A DNA stretch of 64,000 nt from Isurus oxyrinchus (Eukaryota). The notes beneath the pieces are model-generated. The model did no database searches. It was not told the DNA's origin and saw only the letters and a list, made by a program, of their open reading frames with translations. Positions 21,729-34,749 of this stretch are shown here, in pieces. The stretch covers positions 248,001-312,000 of the forward strand of contig JANJGN010000140.1 of the NCBI GenBank assembly GCA_026770705.1, given 5' to 3'. The first letter of the stretch is position 1. The number at the start of each line of letters is the position of its first letter. The position numbers and the translations under genes are program-made.

Positions 21729-24700
21729 ATGCACGGCCGAATATCTGGTGTAGTTTATGCCATTTACTATCCAATTCTTGCTGCTATTGGAGTTCCGGGT
21801 AAGTCTTTGGGCTAAACCATCAATTGGACAAAGCACTGTTTTATGGATTTCCAGCATCCGCAGTTTTTTGTTTTTATCTCTGTGTTTAATTGACTGCCAC
21901 TTCTCTTCAAGAAATGCCTACCTTGAATAAGTACTGCTCTGCTCTCCGACAGGATTTTCGTATCTCTCTTTTGCCTTGTTCACTGCTTGCTTGTCCCTAC
22001 AACCACCGCCCGGCACCCCCCCCAATCCACATCTCTCCCCACAACCCCACCCCCCCAACCCCCACCTTAAACCAGCTTATATTTCACCCATCTCCTAATT
22101 TTACTCAGTTCTGTTGAAGGGTCAGCTTTATTTTTCTCCATCAATGCTGCCAGACCTGCTGAGTTTTTCCAGGTATTTTTGTTTTTGTTTTGGATTTCTG
22201 GCATCTGCAATTTTTTTTGTTTTTATCACTGTTGTATGAAGCTGGTTCTGTCAATGACAATTAAAAATTGTGATATTGTCATCTTCAGGCATTTCTTTAA
22301 ACTCATTTGATCAGGGATATACAAACTTTCCACCGTTTTAATATTCCTTTGTTTTAAACTCAAGCATTAATAATTAAGTCTCTGAAAAACCCAAAACACT
22401 GCGTCTATTCCTTTCCACCATCCCATGCCAAGGCTGCTCAGGTTGCTAGATTGATTTCTAAAAAGTAATATTCTGGTAACCTTTTCGAAATCGATAGTTC
22501 ACGGATATTCTTCTACAAGTGAGTAACTGGAGAATACATATCTAACGATACCAACTTTAGGTAGATTTTGATTTTGCGTTAGTCTAAAAATGGCAATTGC
22601 CATTGTTATATGTGCCTTTAATTATGGTTCCATTGTTTTCAGGTGAATTACAATTCTGGACGGATGTGGAATGAGCTGCAGATTCATTAACAGCCATTTC
22701 ACATTTCTGCCTGAAGTTAAGATTCACCTACCTGAAATGGTTGAGGTGTGAAATTGACCTTGAGCTGTGAAGCAAGCTGGCTGCCAGTTTTACACTCGAT
22801 GCAGTCCTCTGTCCCATTGACATCGGAGGCTTGGAAATCAGACCAAGTGTAAAACTGTCAGCTCATTCAATCCAGCCTAAAAACGGTTCCTGCCCCATGG
22901 AAGTCAAAGGATATCGAGTGCAGGTGGGAATGTGGAGCTGTGGCCATGCTCAGATCAGCCAAGATCTTATTGAATGGCGAAGCAGGCTAGAGGGGCCGAA
23001 TAGCCTGTCTCTGCTCCTGATTCGCATGTATGTATGTCTTTGAAATACTCGCCCAAGGCTACTGAATTAATAGTTTAGAGTCAATATAGTGATCTTCCCT
23101 TTGAGTTTGGGCTCCTTTACATTAAGCCAATCAATCACTATTTCCCATTCTGCGCTAAAATTGCCCTTCAATTTGTCTCTTTATGGGTTTGCTGTTACAA
23201 CGAAAGCCATGAAGTTATGAACTAAATGAAGTCTAAAAATGAATGCGGAGATCTGATCAAAATAATCACTGGTGTCAAATGTTTTTAATTACAAAGTCAA
23301 TCATTATACTTACCGAGTAAGTTAACATAAGTAGTTATGTTTCAGTTCTTTATCGCTTTCATGAGAAAACCAGGTGAATATTTACTTTTTGTATTGTATC
23401 TTACTGAGTCGCCGCTACTTTGTTCTAATGATTTTGCTACTCTGTGTTCTGAAACATTTTTCTCTGGCCAGAGCTGGTTGAGCGAGGAAGGAAATGCTGT
23501 TGTGTTATTTCATACATGACAAAATCCCCGGTAGATAACCGAGATCAGTCGTGTTTGCAAAAAATTTTTGTGGCTGAGAAAAGGAATGTACAATTTAACA
23601 TAGACCTTTCACGGGAACCAGGTTATGTTCCGTGAGCAGAAACTCATGCTTACATCACTGGATTAATGATCCAGAGGCCTGAGCCAATGACATGAGTTGC
23701 AATTCTAATTCTACTAATTAATTTAAATGGAGATAATAAATAACTCTGGAATAAAGTTGAAGTGCCAGAAATAGTGATCAGGCAACTACAAGATCATCGC
23801 AATAAACTTTACCCGGTTCACTAACGTCCTTCAGGGAAGGACATCTACTCCGGCTCTGATATGATTCCAGATCCACAACAATGTGGTTGAACATTATCGG
23901 CCTTCTGAAATGACCCAGAAAACCATTCAATTGGTAGGTGGCGGCTGGCCACCCTCTGAAAGGCAGTTAGTGATGGACCTTATACCTTATACCCTTGCGT
24001 TGTGTGCTCTTTTTTCTTGCAATTTTTGGATACTTACCTGGCAAGGGAGAGACCTTCATCGCGTTTCTGCCAGGGAAAGAGCAATGACTATAACCAGTCA
24101 AACCCCTTACCATGGGGTACCTAACACCATCTGAGTCATGGTGAAGCGCAGCGAGCAAGGAACAGGAATGGATAGGACCTTCTTCACCAAGAGGATTCTA
24201 TTCAAGCTGTGTGGTTTTGAGGCTGTGGAGATCTACTGCCTACAGGATTTCCCCAGCGCTGGTTTCTTTGATGTGACCTTCAAGCAAGTGGCAGCTTGTG
24301 TCAAACTCCTGAAGGTGTTTGAGGAAAAGGAAGACCTGCCAGAAATGAAGATCCTGACAGCGGAGCCGCTCTTTGCTCTACCGTTGCAACGAGAACGGGT
24401 TGCGACGGTGCATCAGTACAACCCCTACGTCCGTGTCGCTGACGTGCTCACCTTCCTTATCAGGTACTTCGATAAGGTTGGGAGCTGCACTGAGGTTAAA
24501 GATAATTTGGGGATCTGGACATGTAAACGCCAGGTTAATGTAATGCTCAAGACCGACGGTAAGGGAGCCGGTTTCCACCCCACTTCCAGATTTGCTATCG
24601 GGAGAAGCCATGGGTACCTTGTCTACGCTGGGCAACCCAAACTTTCTAGCTCATGCGGCAAGTCTGGTCATGTGGCGGCCAACTGCAGTGCCGCCCTCTA

Positions 24701-27700
24701 CAAGAACTGCAAAAAGAAAGGGCACCAGACAAAAGATTGTAAACAGGCTAAGTGCTGCAACCTGTGTGGCGAGGCAAGTCACCTCTACAAGACCTGCCCC
24801 AAACGTTGCCTTACTTATGCACAGGCAGCTAAAGCCAACGAGGGGGGAGCAGATGAAATGCCTCACGTCATTCTAACCACCAAGGCCCCCAGGGAGAACA
24901 ACGGGACAAAGGAGGACACAGAGAGAGACAAGGTGGAGGAAAAGATTGGGGCAACAGACGGCCAACCAACAGCACTGCCCCCTGAACCTCCCACTCCTCA
25001 GGAGAGCGAATCAATGGAGGAGGAGAAGGCAGCAGTGGGAAAGCAGCAGGGGGAGTGGCAGCTGGTGAAGAGAGCCAAAAGGAAGAAGGGGCTAAAAAGA
25101 AACCAAGCCACTTCCCAGACAAGAGTCAAGAGGCGTCTCCTATCCGACACGGATGACAAGAGCAGCAGCTCTTCGGACGAAGAAGGGCCAGGGCGGCGCC
25201 AACAGAAGAAGCGGCAAAACGCTAGGGAGTTGGAGGCTGAGACACCCGAGCTCCAGAACATTGGAGACAATGAAGAGACCAGCGCACCCCAACTTTGCCC
25301 ACAACCCGAAGAGGCCAGTGCACCACAACCCCAGGAATCTGGGAACAGTGAGGCGCTCAGCGCACCCCAGCTCCGGGAAGCCGGGAGCAGCAACGCCCCA
25401 GAGGGGGAGAGGATTGGAGAAGCTTCTCCAACAGAGGACATTTCAAACTCCGCTCTCTGCACGGACCCCCAGATGCCACCCGAGTAGAACACTGCCAATG
25501 GGGAGGTTCAGGACGCTTTCCTCAGCCCATCCCAAGTGAAGCAATTTGAGCACACCACGGGCATGAAGGAGCAGACCAATGGTCTGGAACTCTCAAAGAC
25601 AACAGGTTTGGTAAGCGACTAATTGCTTTACAATGGGTGTAAAGATTGTATCCATAAATGTGCGTAGCATTAAATCTACTACGCGATGTGTTGCGACCTT
25701 GGACTACCTTGCCAAGGTCAAAGTTGACCTGTTGTTTCTGCAGGAGTGTGCGATACCGCACCTCAGCTCCTACAGGCAATGGTCACGATGGTGGTCACAT
25801 GGGCCATCGATCTGGTCGGGAGGAAACGACTCTCGTTCCTCCGGCCTGGGGATTCTGCTGCGGGGAGACAGCTTCACCGTCTCCCAGGTTAAGGAGGTGG
25901 TGGGCGGGTGCCTCCTCGTAGCAGACGTAATGTATAAGAATGCTCCACTCTGGTTAATTACAACCATCACAAGGGGTTGAGCGGCTAGAGGTTTTTCAGC
26001 AGCTCCCACTGCTGCTGGCAACCTCCAGGCTGGTCATTCTGGGCGGTGACTTCAACTGCATCATCGCTGTGGCTGGACGATCCAGCAGGGCTGACAGCAG
26101 ATTGGACGCTACATCCAGATCCCTGATGGAAACAGTAAAGGATGCCAAGCTGCACGACGTCTTCAGCAACCCTGCAGACAGCGCGCAGTATATATACACC
26201 TGGTCGCGGCCTGACGGGTCCATCTGTTCCAGGATAGATTTCCTCTTTGGGTCCCGTGCATTCACAGTCAGATCCACCGACGTCAAGCCAGTGTTCTTCT
26301 CTAACCACTGCCTCCTACTGGCTGACTGTCACTTAGAGAAGGACCAGAGGGTTGGCAGGGGGGCATGGAAGCTAAACGTGGAACTGCTGACCCCAGAGAA
26401 CATTGAGGAGCTCAGGAGGGATTACAAAGGTTGGAGAACCGTGAAACCTCTCTTTGAATCCCTGACACACTGGTGGGAAGCGATCAAGGGAAACATCAAG
26501 AGGTTTTTCGTCCTCAAAGGCACCCAGAAAGCTAGAAAGGAACAGAGAGAAATGTCCCGACTCCAGAAAAACATGCAGAACCTGCTCTGGCTGCGGTCGA
26601 TGGGGGTCGATGTCAAGGAGGAACTCCAAGAGGTGAAGAGCTAGCAAGCCTCACTCTTTGCCTCGGAGGCCTCCAAGATCATCTTCCGTTCCAGAGTCTG
26701 CTCCGTGGAGCAGGATGAGACGTGCTCACGTTTCTTCTTCCAAAAGGTACACAGAGAGAGCTCTGTGCTCAGCAGCCTGAAGGAAGAAGTTGGCTCAGTA
26801 AAGTCATCACAGTCCGACATTTTGAGGATCAGCAAATCCTTCTATGCTGGATTATATGACGTGAAGCCCACAGACTGCACGGCCTCCCAGACTTTCCTGT
26901 CCTCTGTCACGGAGGTCTTAGACGACAGTACACGGGAGAGTCTGGACAAACCGCTAACTCCTGATGAACTGACTGAGGCCCTTGAATCCTTCGAGAAGAG
27001 TAAAACTCCCAGAAGCGACGGCTTGCCAGCGGAGTTGTATTCGGCTCTGTGGGACTGGATCAGCCCAGACCTGCTAGAAGTGTACGAGAGTATGCTCCTG
27101 GCCGGCAGTATGTCAGAATCCATGAGGAAAGGCATTATCACCCTCATCTACAAGCGCAAGGTGGAAAGGGAGGAAATTAGAAATTGGTGACCCATTTCAC
27201 TGTTGAATGTGGACTATAAAATTCTGTCCAAGTTCATCGCCAATCGGGTCAAATCCGCTCTGGAATTGGTGATCCACCCTGACCAGACCTGCACTGTGCC
27301 GGGCAGGAAGATCTCTGACAGCCTCCTGCTGCTCAGGGATACGATTGCCTATATACTGGACAGGGGTGTGGATACCTGCCTCATCAGCCTCGATCAGGAG
27401 AAGACCTTTGACAGAATATCACACACCTACATGGTGGATGTGCTCTCCAAAATGGGGTTTGGGGAGGGAATTCGCAATTGGATCATACTGCTCTACACTA
27501 ACATCAGTAGTGCAGTCTCAATCAATGGGTGGGAATCAGATAGCTTTCCTATTAAATCTGGAGTCAGGCAGGGCTGCCCTCTCTCACCTGTTCTTTTCGT
27601 GTGTTGCATAGAACCCTTTGCTGAGTCCATCAGGAAGGATCCGTGCATAAGCAGAGTGACGATCTCAGGCAGTGGAGGCACTCAGGTCAAAGCCTCCCTG

Positions 27701-30700
27701 TACATGGATGATGTCACCATATTCTGCTTGGATCTGCTGTCAGTGCGCAGACTGATCCACATATGTGACCATTTCGAACTGGCCTCGGGAGCCAAGTTAA
27801 ATCGTGGGAAGAGCGAGGCCATGTTCTTTGGGAAATGGGCTGACCGATCCTTTGTCTCCTTCACTGTCAGGGCTGATGGCCTGAAGGTGCTGGGGATATG
27901 TTTCGGAGGGGCCAGGGCACGCATTAGAAACTGGAAGGAGCGAGTGTCTATGTTGAAAAGGAAACTGGGCATTTGGGAGCGACGCTCCCTCTCCATTGTG
28001 GGTAAGAACCTGGTCATCAGGTGTGAGGCACTCCCGCTGTTGCTGTACGTGGCGCAGATCTGGCCCATTCCATACTCCTGTGTGGTGGCGATCACCCGAG
28101 CCATCTTCCACTTTATCTGGAGGTCAAAAATGGATCGTGTCCACAGGGACACGATGTACAAGCCTCTAGATTAAGGGGGAAAAATGTGCCCAACATCGCC
28201 CTCATACTGATGGCCACCTTTGTGTGTGGCTGCATCAAGCGGTGCATAGACCCTCAGTACGCTAACACCAAGTGTCACTACATGCTGAGGTTCTACCTGT
28301 CCCCCGTGTTGCGAAGGAGGGGTCTGGCCACGCTGCCGTGGAATGCTCCAAATAGTTGGACCATGCTGTACCACCTGTCCCTCGTGGGAAAATTTATGCA
28401 GGGAAACACCTTCGACCACAAGTCCAATAGGCAGTGGTCGGCACGTAACGTCTTAAAGGCCCTGAGGGAAAAGGAGAGGGTGGATCCTGTGGGATGGTTC
28501 CCTGAGCAGACTGACAAAGTCATTTGGCAGAATGCCTCATCACCAGAACTTTCCAACAAACACCAAGATGTAGCTTGCTGGTGGTGAGAAAGGCCCTCCT
28601 GTAAGATCCTTCCTACACGCCAGGAGTCTCACCCCCTCTGCACGTTGCCCTCGAGGTGGCTGTGGTGGGGAAGGGACCATTGTTCACCTCCTCGTAGATT
28701 GTGTCTTTGCGAAGAAGGTCTGGAGAGAGATGCAATGGTTTCTGTCGAGGTTCATCCCGAACAGTTCTGTGACAGAGGACTCTGTGCTCTACGGGCTGTT
28801 CCCAGGGACACACACCGAGACGAACATCAACTGCAGCTGGAGGATCATCAACTCGGTGAAAGAAGCTCTTTGGTCTGCCCGAAACTTGTTGGTTTTCCAG
28901 CGCAAAGAGTTGTCCCCGACCGAGTATTGCAGACTGGCACATTCCAAGGTCCAGGACTACGTGCTGAGGGACACAGATAAGCTTGGGGCAGCCGCCGCAA
29001 AGGCACAATGGGGAAGGGTCGCTGCCTAAGACCTTTCTGCCACAGTGTACTGGGGGGCTGGGAGCTGTAAAGAGCCCCTCAGGCTGTACAGATTAAAATG
29101 AATGTCTGTCAATGATTGAAATATTCATTGTTTGCTCTGATACACCTTGTGATTCATGTTGTAAAAGTTGAACTTGATTGTGTTTTTGTAATGGTGATTT
29201 GAAATGGTTCGAAATGTTTTTGAAGATTTATGAATAAAGTATATTTTTGAAAAAAAAATGGCAATTCGTGATGGACAATAAATGCTGTTGCTCCAATGTC
29301 GCCTAAATCGAGTAAATGAATGAATAAAAAGGGCCTGGGTGTAGGAGGGGCTAGAGCGCTAACCCTACATCCAAAAAGTTGGAAGGTAAGTCGAAACTGC
29401 TGTTAACTTGAGAATCAGGCATTCTGCCGAGCTGTGCGCCACTGGAACAGACCTGAGAAGCTACTGAGCGTATATGAACAATGGGCAAGTTCCATGTTTC
29501 TGTCATTATGTGTAGCTCTAAATGAGCATGATAAGGTTTTAGTGATAGGCAATGCTTAGATATGTACCAATAGGCTGCAAAATTTGCATTCCGCTCAGTG
29601 CGAGATGAAACGTGGCGAATGGGAAATTCACATAGAACCAAACGTTCCCGATATTAGGGAGGCATAAAATCGGTGACCTGCATTGAGATATCCATTTGAT
29701 GCTCTGGGGGTTGCCAGACTGATATAAATGAGAAAGATTCTTCAGTTCGATCCGACCCAAAAACGGTTGCTGCCCCATGGGAATCAAAGGATATCGGGGG
29801 CAGGTGGGAATGTGGCATTGAGGCCGTAATGAGATCAACCGTGATCTTACTGAATGGTGAAGAAAGCTAGATGGGCCGAATGGCCTGTCTCTGCTCCTGA
29901 TTCGTTTGTTTGTATGTCCCTGAAACATTCGCCCAAGGCTACTGAATTAATAGTTCAGTGCATAGCCACTATAGTAAGCTTCTATTCATTGCGGTTACAG
30001 GGCACAGATCGGCACGCTCTATACTTCAGCCACTCAAACGTCAGAATTCATCTGGGAGTGAAGACAAATGTTAGGAATAAAATTCGTTTTTCCTGTAGCT
30101 CAGAGTGAGAGAGGTTCCAAACAAAATTCAAACCATGCCGGATGTTTTCTTCAATCATTGTGCACTGTCCCAAAGAAGAATTTCAGCGCCAATATTTGGT
30201 TTGACTCTCTTGGGGTATTGAATTGCCTTTTGGCCAATGGGGGTGAAGTGTGGGAAAAGAACTACGGACATGATTCTGGTTACATCTGGGGGTCCAGACT
30301 AACGGTTTAATTATTTTAAACAAGAGTTGCTCTGGGCCTCGAACTGTAGCTCCTCCTCTTCACTGGTGTCACAGGGCCTGAAAATTATCCCTTCCATTTT
30401 GAGGCCCTCTAGAGGCAAGTGATACTCATGAAAATCGCCTCATCTTTATTTTATTAATCCAAATTATATCACCTTGGACATCAGCAATAATCCAACTTGT
30501 TGATTTAATTAATGTCATTAGAATGTTAAAGTATGTCATGCATCCACACTTACAGGTAGCATCGCTACCGGGATCTGAGATACATAATCCAATCCAGGGG
30601 GGTGCTCAGCACTGAGTACCAAAAAATTACTGAAAGTTATCTGGTTTACATATCCAGATGGACGATGTGTGATGACCTGGGAGGTGATCATTGTCAAGCT

Positions 30701-32825
30701 ATATATACATGGTCATGTGCTCTTACAGCTGCAGATTTGCATATGGCACCATGTGCGCTCCATTCTCGCTGCGGTATGATTTATGTCTTTCCGGAAGCTC
30801 AGACAGATTTGTGTACAAGAACACCAGAGATAGAAGCAGCAGAAGACCATGCAACACGCCGAGCCAGCTCCTCATTTAAATGAAATCATGGCTGATCCTG
30901 GGCTTCTATCCGCTTTCCGCCGGGTCCACATATCATTTGATTCCCTGAGACGTCAGAAATCTGTCTATCCAAGTCTAAAATCTTCTCAACAATGAAATAT
31001 CCACAGACCTCTGGGTATAGAATTCCAGAAATGCACTAACGTTCTGCTGCTCTCCATCCGAAATGATCGCTCTCTTATCCCGAAGCTGTTCCCGGAGGCT
31101 TTAGATTTTCCAGCCAGCGGGAAAACCCTCCGCATGTCTATCCCGTCAAGCCCCTTGAGAACAGTACTTGTGATTACCTCCCATTCTTCTAAATCCCTGA
31201 AAATATAAGACGAAGTTATTTCACCTTTCATCGTCGGGGAATAAACATGACACTTCAGCAGAATGCGAACTGTGGAAACGTGGACATATCGCCTTCAAAC
31301 TAGCAGTGTTTCAGACATAAGTCATTTGGTTCTTCTCCAATTGCATACACCCGACACATCCTGCTTCCTAAATATCCTCCCGTGGAATCCTATCGAGCCA
31401 ATTTAAACGATGTCACAGTGTACATTTCAACAACAGAAAAATAATTAATATGGCTACTGTGTTTAGAGGAAATGCCCTGTAACATGATGCAACATCCAAA
31501 AGTTGAGTGCCAAATACTACAAGTAACCTCGAGGCCTACAGCTGTTATGTCCTAAGCTCTCTTAAATTCACTCCCTAAAACACTCCGCCTCTCTACTGCA
31601 CTCTCTTCCTTAAATCATCCCTTAAATCTATCTCATTCTCATCCTTTTTCGTCATTTGGCAAAACTTCTCCTTATGTGGTTGGATGTCAAATTTTGCTGT
31701 ATCACTCTCCTGTCATGCGATTGGGCCACTTTTTTACGTTAAAGGCGCGATACAAATGCAGCGTATCCGTGTTGTTTATGTTGAAACAGAGATGACATTG
31801 AAAAGCTATTAATCATTGATTTGGTTGTCTTCTATAAACGAGGATGAAGTATCAAAAGCGTGTAACATTCAAGTCCCTGCTTGAACTTTACAATGTTAAT
31901 TTTGTTTTTTCTCTCAGTTAACATGGTGACGATTGTGATCCTATCCCGAGGAAGGTGTGGCCTCTCCAAATGCATCGCTCGGTACCTGGTGTCCATGGCA
32001 GTGACGGATCTCCTAGTTGTTGTGAGCGCTGTGATATTCAATCGGATCATTGGCATTTATTTTCCCGTTAGTTTTATGTCCATGACTCCAGCCTGTACTC
32101 TCAGTACTGTGCTAATCTACGCAGCCACGGAGAGTTCTGTCTGGTTAACCGTCGCTTTCACCTTTGATCGATACATTGCCATTTGCTTCCAAAAGCTGAA
32201 AACAAATTATTGCACCGAGAGAGTGGCGGCTGTGGTTGTAGGAACTGTCTGTCTGTTAAGCTGTTTAAAAAGTGTTCCCTGGTACTTTATGTATGAACCA
32301 GTCTATATAATGAACAATGTACCGTGGTTTTGTAATGTAAAATCAAGCTTCTACACTTCATTCGCATGGACAGCCTATGATTGGTTTGCACGTATTTTAA
32401 ATCCGGGTCTGCCATTCCTTCTGATTCTGTTGTTCAATGCTCTGACCGTCAGGCACATCATCGTGGCCAGTGGAGCCCGCAGGAGACTCCGAGCTCACAG
32501 CAGTGGAGAGAAGCAGAGTGATCCAGAGATCGAGAACCGGAGAAAGTCAATCGTTTTACTCTTTACCATCTCGGCAAGCTTCATTTTGTTGTGGATGACG
32601 TATGTTGTAAATTTCCTATATGTGAAAATTACAAACGAACCTTATTTTACAGGTTCCAATTTCAATGATCCCAAATTCATTCGTCAAGAAAGTGGAAACA
32701 TGCTTCAACTCCTGAGCTGCTGCACCAACACGTGTATTTATGCAGTGATCCAGAGAAAATTCAGAGAGGAGCTGAAAAATGCAGCAAAATATCTTGTGAA
32801 TCTAATTCTGAAGTTAATAAACTAG
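21729..32825 (+). CDS. Two-exon class A GPCR, GPR139/GPR142-like (exon 1 21729-21798, exon 2 31918-32825, ~325 aa)
   Basis: TATAAAT at 21665. Exon 1 MHGRISGVVYAIYYPILAAIGVP with G|GTAAGT donor; pyrimidine tract and CAG acceptor ending 31917; joins in frame to VNMVTIVILSRGRCGLSKC. Motifs MAVTDLL, SVWLTVAFTFDRYIAIC, RRKSIVLL and CCTNTCIY, with seven hydrophobic stretches. Confidence 0.88.
21846..22226. mobile_element. Penelope-like terminal (pLTR) fragment in the GPCR intron
   Basis: GGATTTCCAGCATCCGCAG / GACCTGCTGAGTTTTTCCAGG terminal motif in tandem; imperfect TSD CACTGTT(T/G)TATG at 21834 and 22227. Confidence 0.6.
23640..23978 (+). mobile_element. tRNA-headed SINE (5' part), interrupted by the Tx1 element; tail continues at 29260-29330
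   Basis: Shares TAATCCAGAG, GGTTCACTAA-GTCCTTCAGGGAAGG and GATGG-CAATAAATGCT...ATGAATAAAAA motifs with other SINE copies in the window. Confidence 0.65.
24030..24063 (+). ncRNA. U1 snRNA 5'-end-derived fragment in the Tx1 5' UTR
   Basis: ATACTTACCTGGCAAGGGAGAGACCTTCATCGCG versus vertebrate U1 nt 1-34 as recalled (ATACTTACCTGGCAGGGGAGATACCATGATCACG): 29/34 identical, first 14 exact. Not a complete U1 gene. Confidence 0.75.
24084..25487 (+). pseudogene. Tx1 ORF1 (gag-like zinc-knuckle protein, ZCCHC3-like N-terminus)
   Basis: ATG 24084 MTITSQTPYHGVPNTI*VMVK (internal TGA); knuckles including CNLCGEASHLYKTC; low-complexity acidic/basic C-terminus. Confidence 0.8.
25633..29029 (+). pseudogene. 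Tx1 ORF2 (APE endonuclease + reverse transcriptase), disrupted by stops and frameshifts
   Basis: MGVKIVSINVRSIK, LFLQEC, GGDFNC, SRIDF, WKLN, LNVDYKILSK, LDQEKTFDRI, SGVRQGCPLSP, LYMDDV, KVLGI. Confidence 0.92.
30820..31230 (-). mobile_element. CR1 LINE 3' fragment
   Basis: LKGLDGIDMRRVFPLAGKS-type C-terminus and CR1-like 3' UTR. Confidence 0.55.
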
Positions 32826-33429
32826 GAAAGTCACATGTTTGAGTTTGGGATACTCGTCAAAATGTGTATTTTTATCTCTACGTTTTTCTCCCTGACATGT
32901 GGGGTGAAATTGATCTTGCACAGCCGTGTAAAACGGCTCTAAACAACCTGCCACCAGTTTGTATCCTGCTTCACTGACGTGTCAAGTGAAGAAAACCGGG
33001 CTGGATGTAAAATCCGCAGCCGGTTCGTGATCGCCAGACTTGTGTAATCAGTCCCTCTAATCCTGTCCCGCCCTCCTTTAGAGGTTTCTCCTGAAGAACA
33101 TCAGAAATGGGAGTAGGGAGGGCTATGCAATTCACTTCTCATGCTCCGAAACTCTGAGACTAGAGCCCATTCTATTCAATCTTCACCCTGTCTCTCTGGC
33201 ACAAGGCAGCTCTGTCCCACTTCCTTCCTCCGGATACCGAAGGGTACTGTAAAGTGATCTGATAGATTTGCAGATCTGTAAAGTTCACAAATGAACTCCG
33301 GAAAGTGCAATACATTACTTGGTGGTGCACATTTACATGGGCCATTAAAGTATTTCAAACGAATGTGCTAACAGCTGTAAGGAATCATTTACACGCCAAT
33401 GTTAAGCCTTCGAGAAGGAAATTTACCAT

Positions 33430-34450
33430 CGGCAGATATGTCTTTTTGTGACTAGTCCAAGTTCTCTTTACGGGCGCATATTTGCCCTGTACTCCCGCTA
33501 TTCCCTCCTTGGACGTCTCCCATTCTTCTGACACAGTTTTCCCGACTCGGAGCTGCTTCCAGTCCACTTGGGCGAAATCGTATTTCATCTTTGTAAAATT
33601 AGCCTTTCTTCAGTTTAGAACTTTTATTCCCGGCTCAACCTTATACTTTTCCACATATATCCTAAATCGAATTGAGCTGCGGTCAGTATCCCCAAAATGT
33701 TCCCCTTCAGATAAGCTTTCCGCCTGCCCGGGCTTATTTCCGAACATTAGGTCGAGAACTGCCCCCTTTCCTTGTTAGGTTTTTACATACTGGCAAAAAA
33801 ATATTCTCCTGGATGCAACTTAAGAATTTTGCTCCCTCCCTAACATGCACACCAAACTCTCCCAGTTAAAATTTGGGTCGTTAAAATCCCCCAGTTTTGC
33901 TGCCTTATTATTCTTACACCGCTCTGAAATTTGATTAAACATCTGATCCTCTATCGCTCCCTAACTATTTGGGGGCCTATGGCACACACCCAACAGCACG
34001 TTTGCCCCTTTTGTGTTTTTTTAATTCTATCCAGATGGCCTCATTTGATGCTCCTTCCAGGATATTATCCCTCCTCAATGCTATAATTGATTTCTTGAAT
34101 AACACTGCGACCCGGCATCCTCTTCTAACCCCCTCTCGATCTCGTATGAGCACCCTATAACCAGGAATGTTGAGCTGCCGATCCTGCTCTTCTTTTAGCC
34201 AATTCTCGGTCATAACTATGATGTCACACTCCCACGTACCTATCTGTGCCCTGAGCTCGTCTGTCTTATTCCTCAGCCTCCCTGCATTAAAATATATTCC
34301 ATTTAACCTTGCTAAACTCTCTTCTTTCTTATCTAGTCTATGATTTCTCTGCCTTCCAGCCTCACTTACTAGCGTTTTAACTTCGAATTCCATCTCAGCT
34401 TCTCTCCCCGTTGAACTACGTTTCAGGATCCCCACACCTTGCCAATTTAA
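33430..34450 (-). mobile_element. CR1 LINE endonuclease fragment
   Basis: YFNAGRLRNKTDELRAQIG...MTENWL...NIPGY...EAIWIELK. Confidence 0.8.
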
Positions 34451-34749
34451 TTTAAATCCAATTCAGTTTAAATCCATTCATGCTACATTGAGAGTCACGG
34501 AGCCATTCCTGAAAGATCACAGCAAAACACAACACTCAACAAGAAAAGGTCAGGAACACTTGCGGAATTATATTAGATGATTTAAATTCACATTTGTAAT
34601 ATAACCGACCTTCATAAGTTTATTTACTTCAATTTACATAATGTATTTTACTGCAGTTTCTGTGCCTGACTGTAATATTGCGCAACCCTTCTGCAACTCC
34701 CCTGTCAGTGTCTGCAGCCTTTGGCTGCGGCCTGTTCATGGAGTATATT

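Larger units (their letters stand above)
23979..29258 (+). mobile_element. Full-length Tx1-clade (L1 group) non-LTR retrotransposon, decayed
   Basis: ORF1 with CCHC knuckles; ORF2 with APE endonuclease, RT and C-terminal Cys/His region. AATAAA at 29233, poly-A 29250-29258, 17-bp TSD GGCA(G/A)TT(A/C)GTGATGGAC at 23962 and 29260. Confidence 0.92.

Noticed and set aside
24030-24200. Functional U1 snRNA gene
   Set aside because: Similarity fades after ~34-48 nt; no downstream stem-loops, 3' Sm site or 3' box; it lies inside a LINE.
24138-25487. Host ZCCHC3-like gene
   Set aside because: It is ORF1 of a TSD-flanked, poly-A-tailed Tx1 element, with an upstream in-frame stop and degenerate knuckles.
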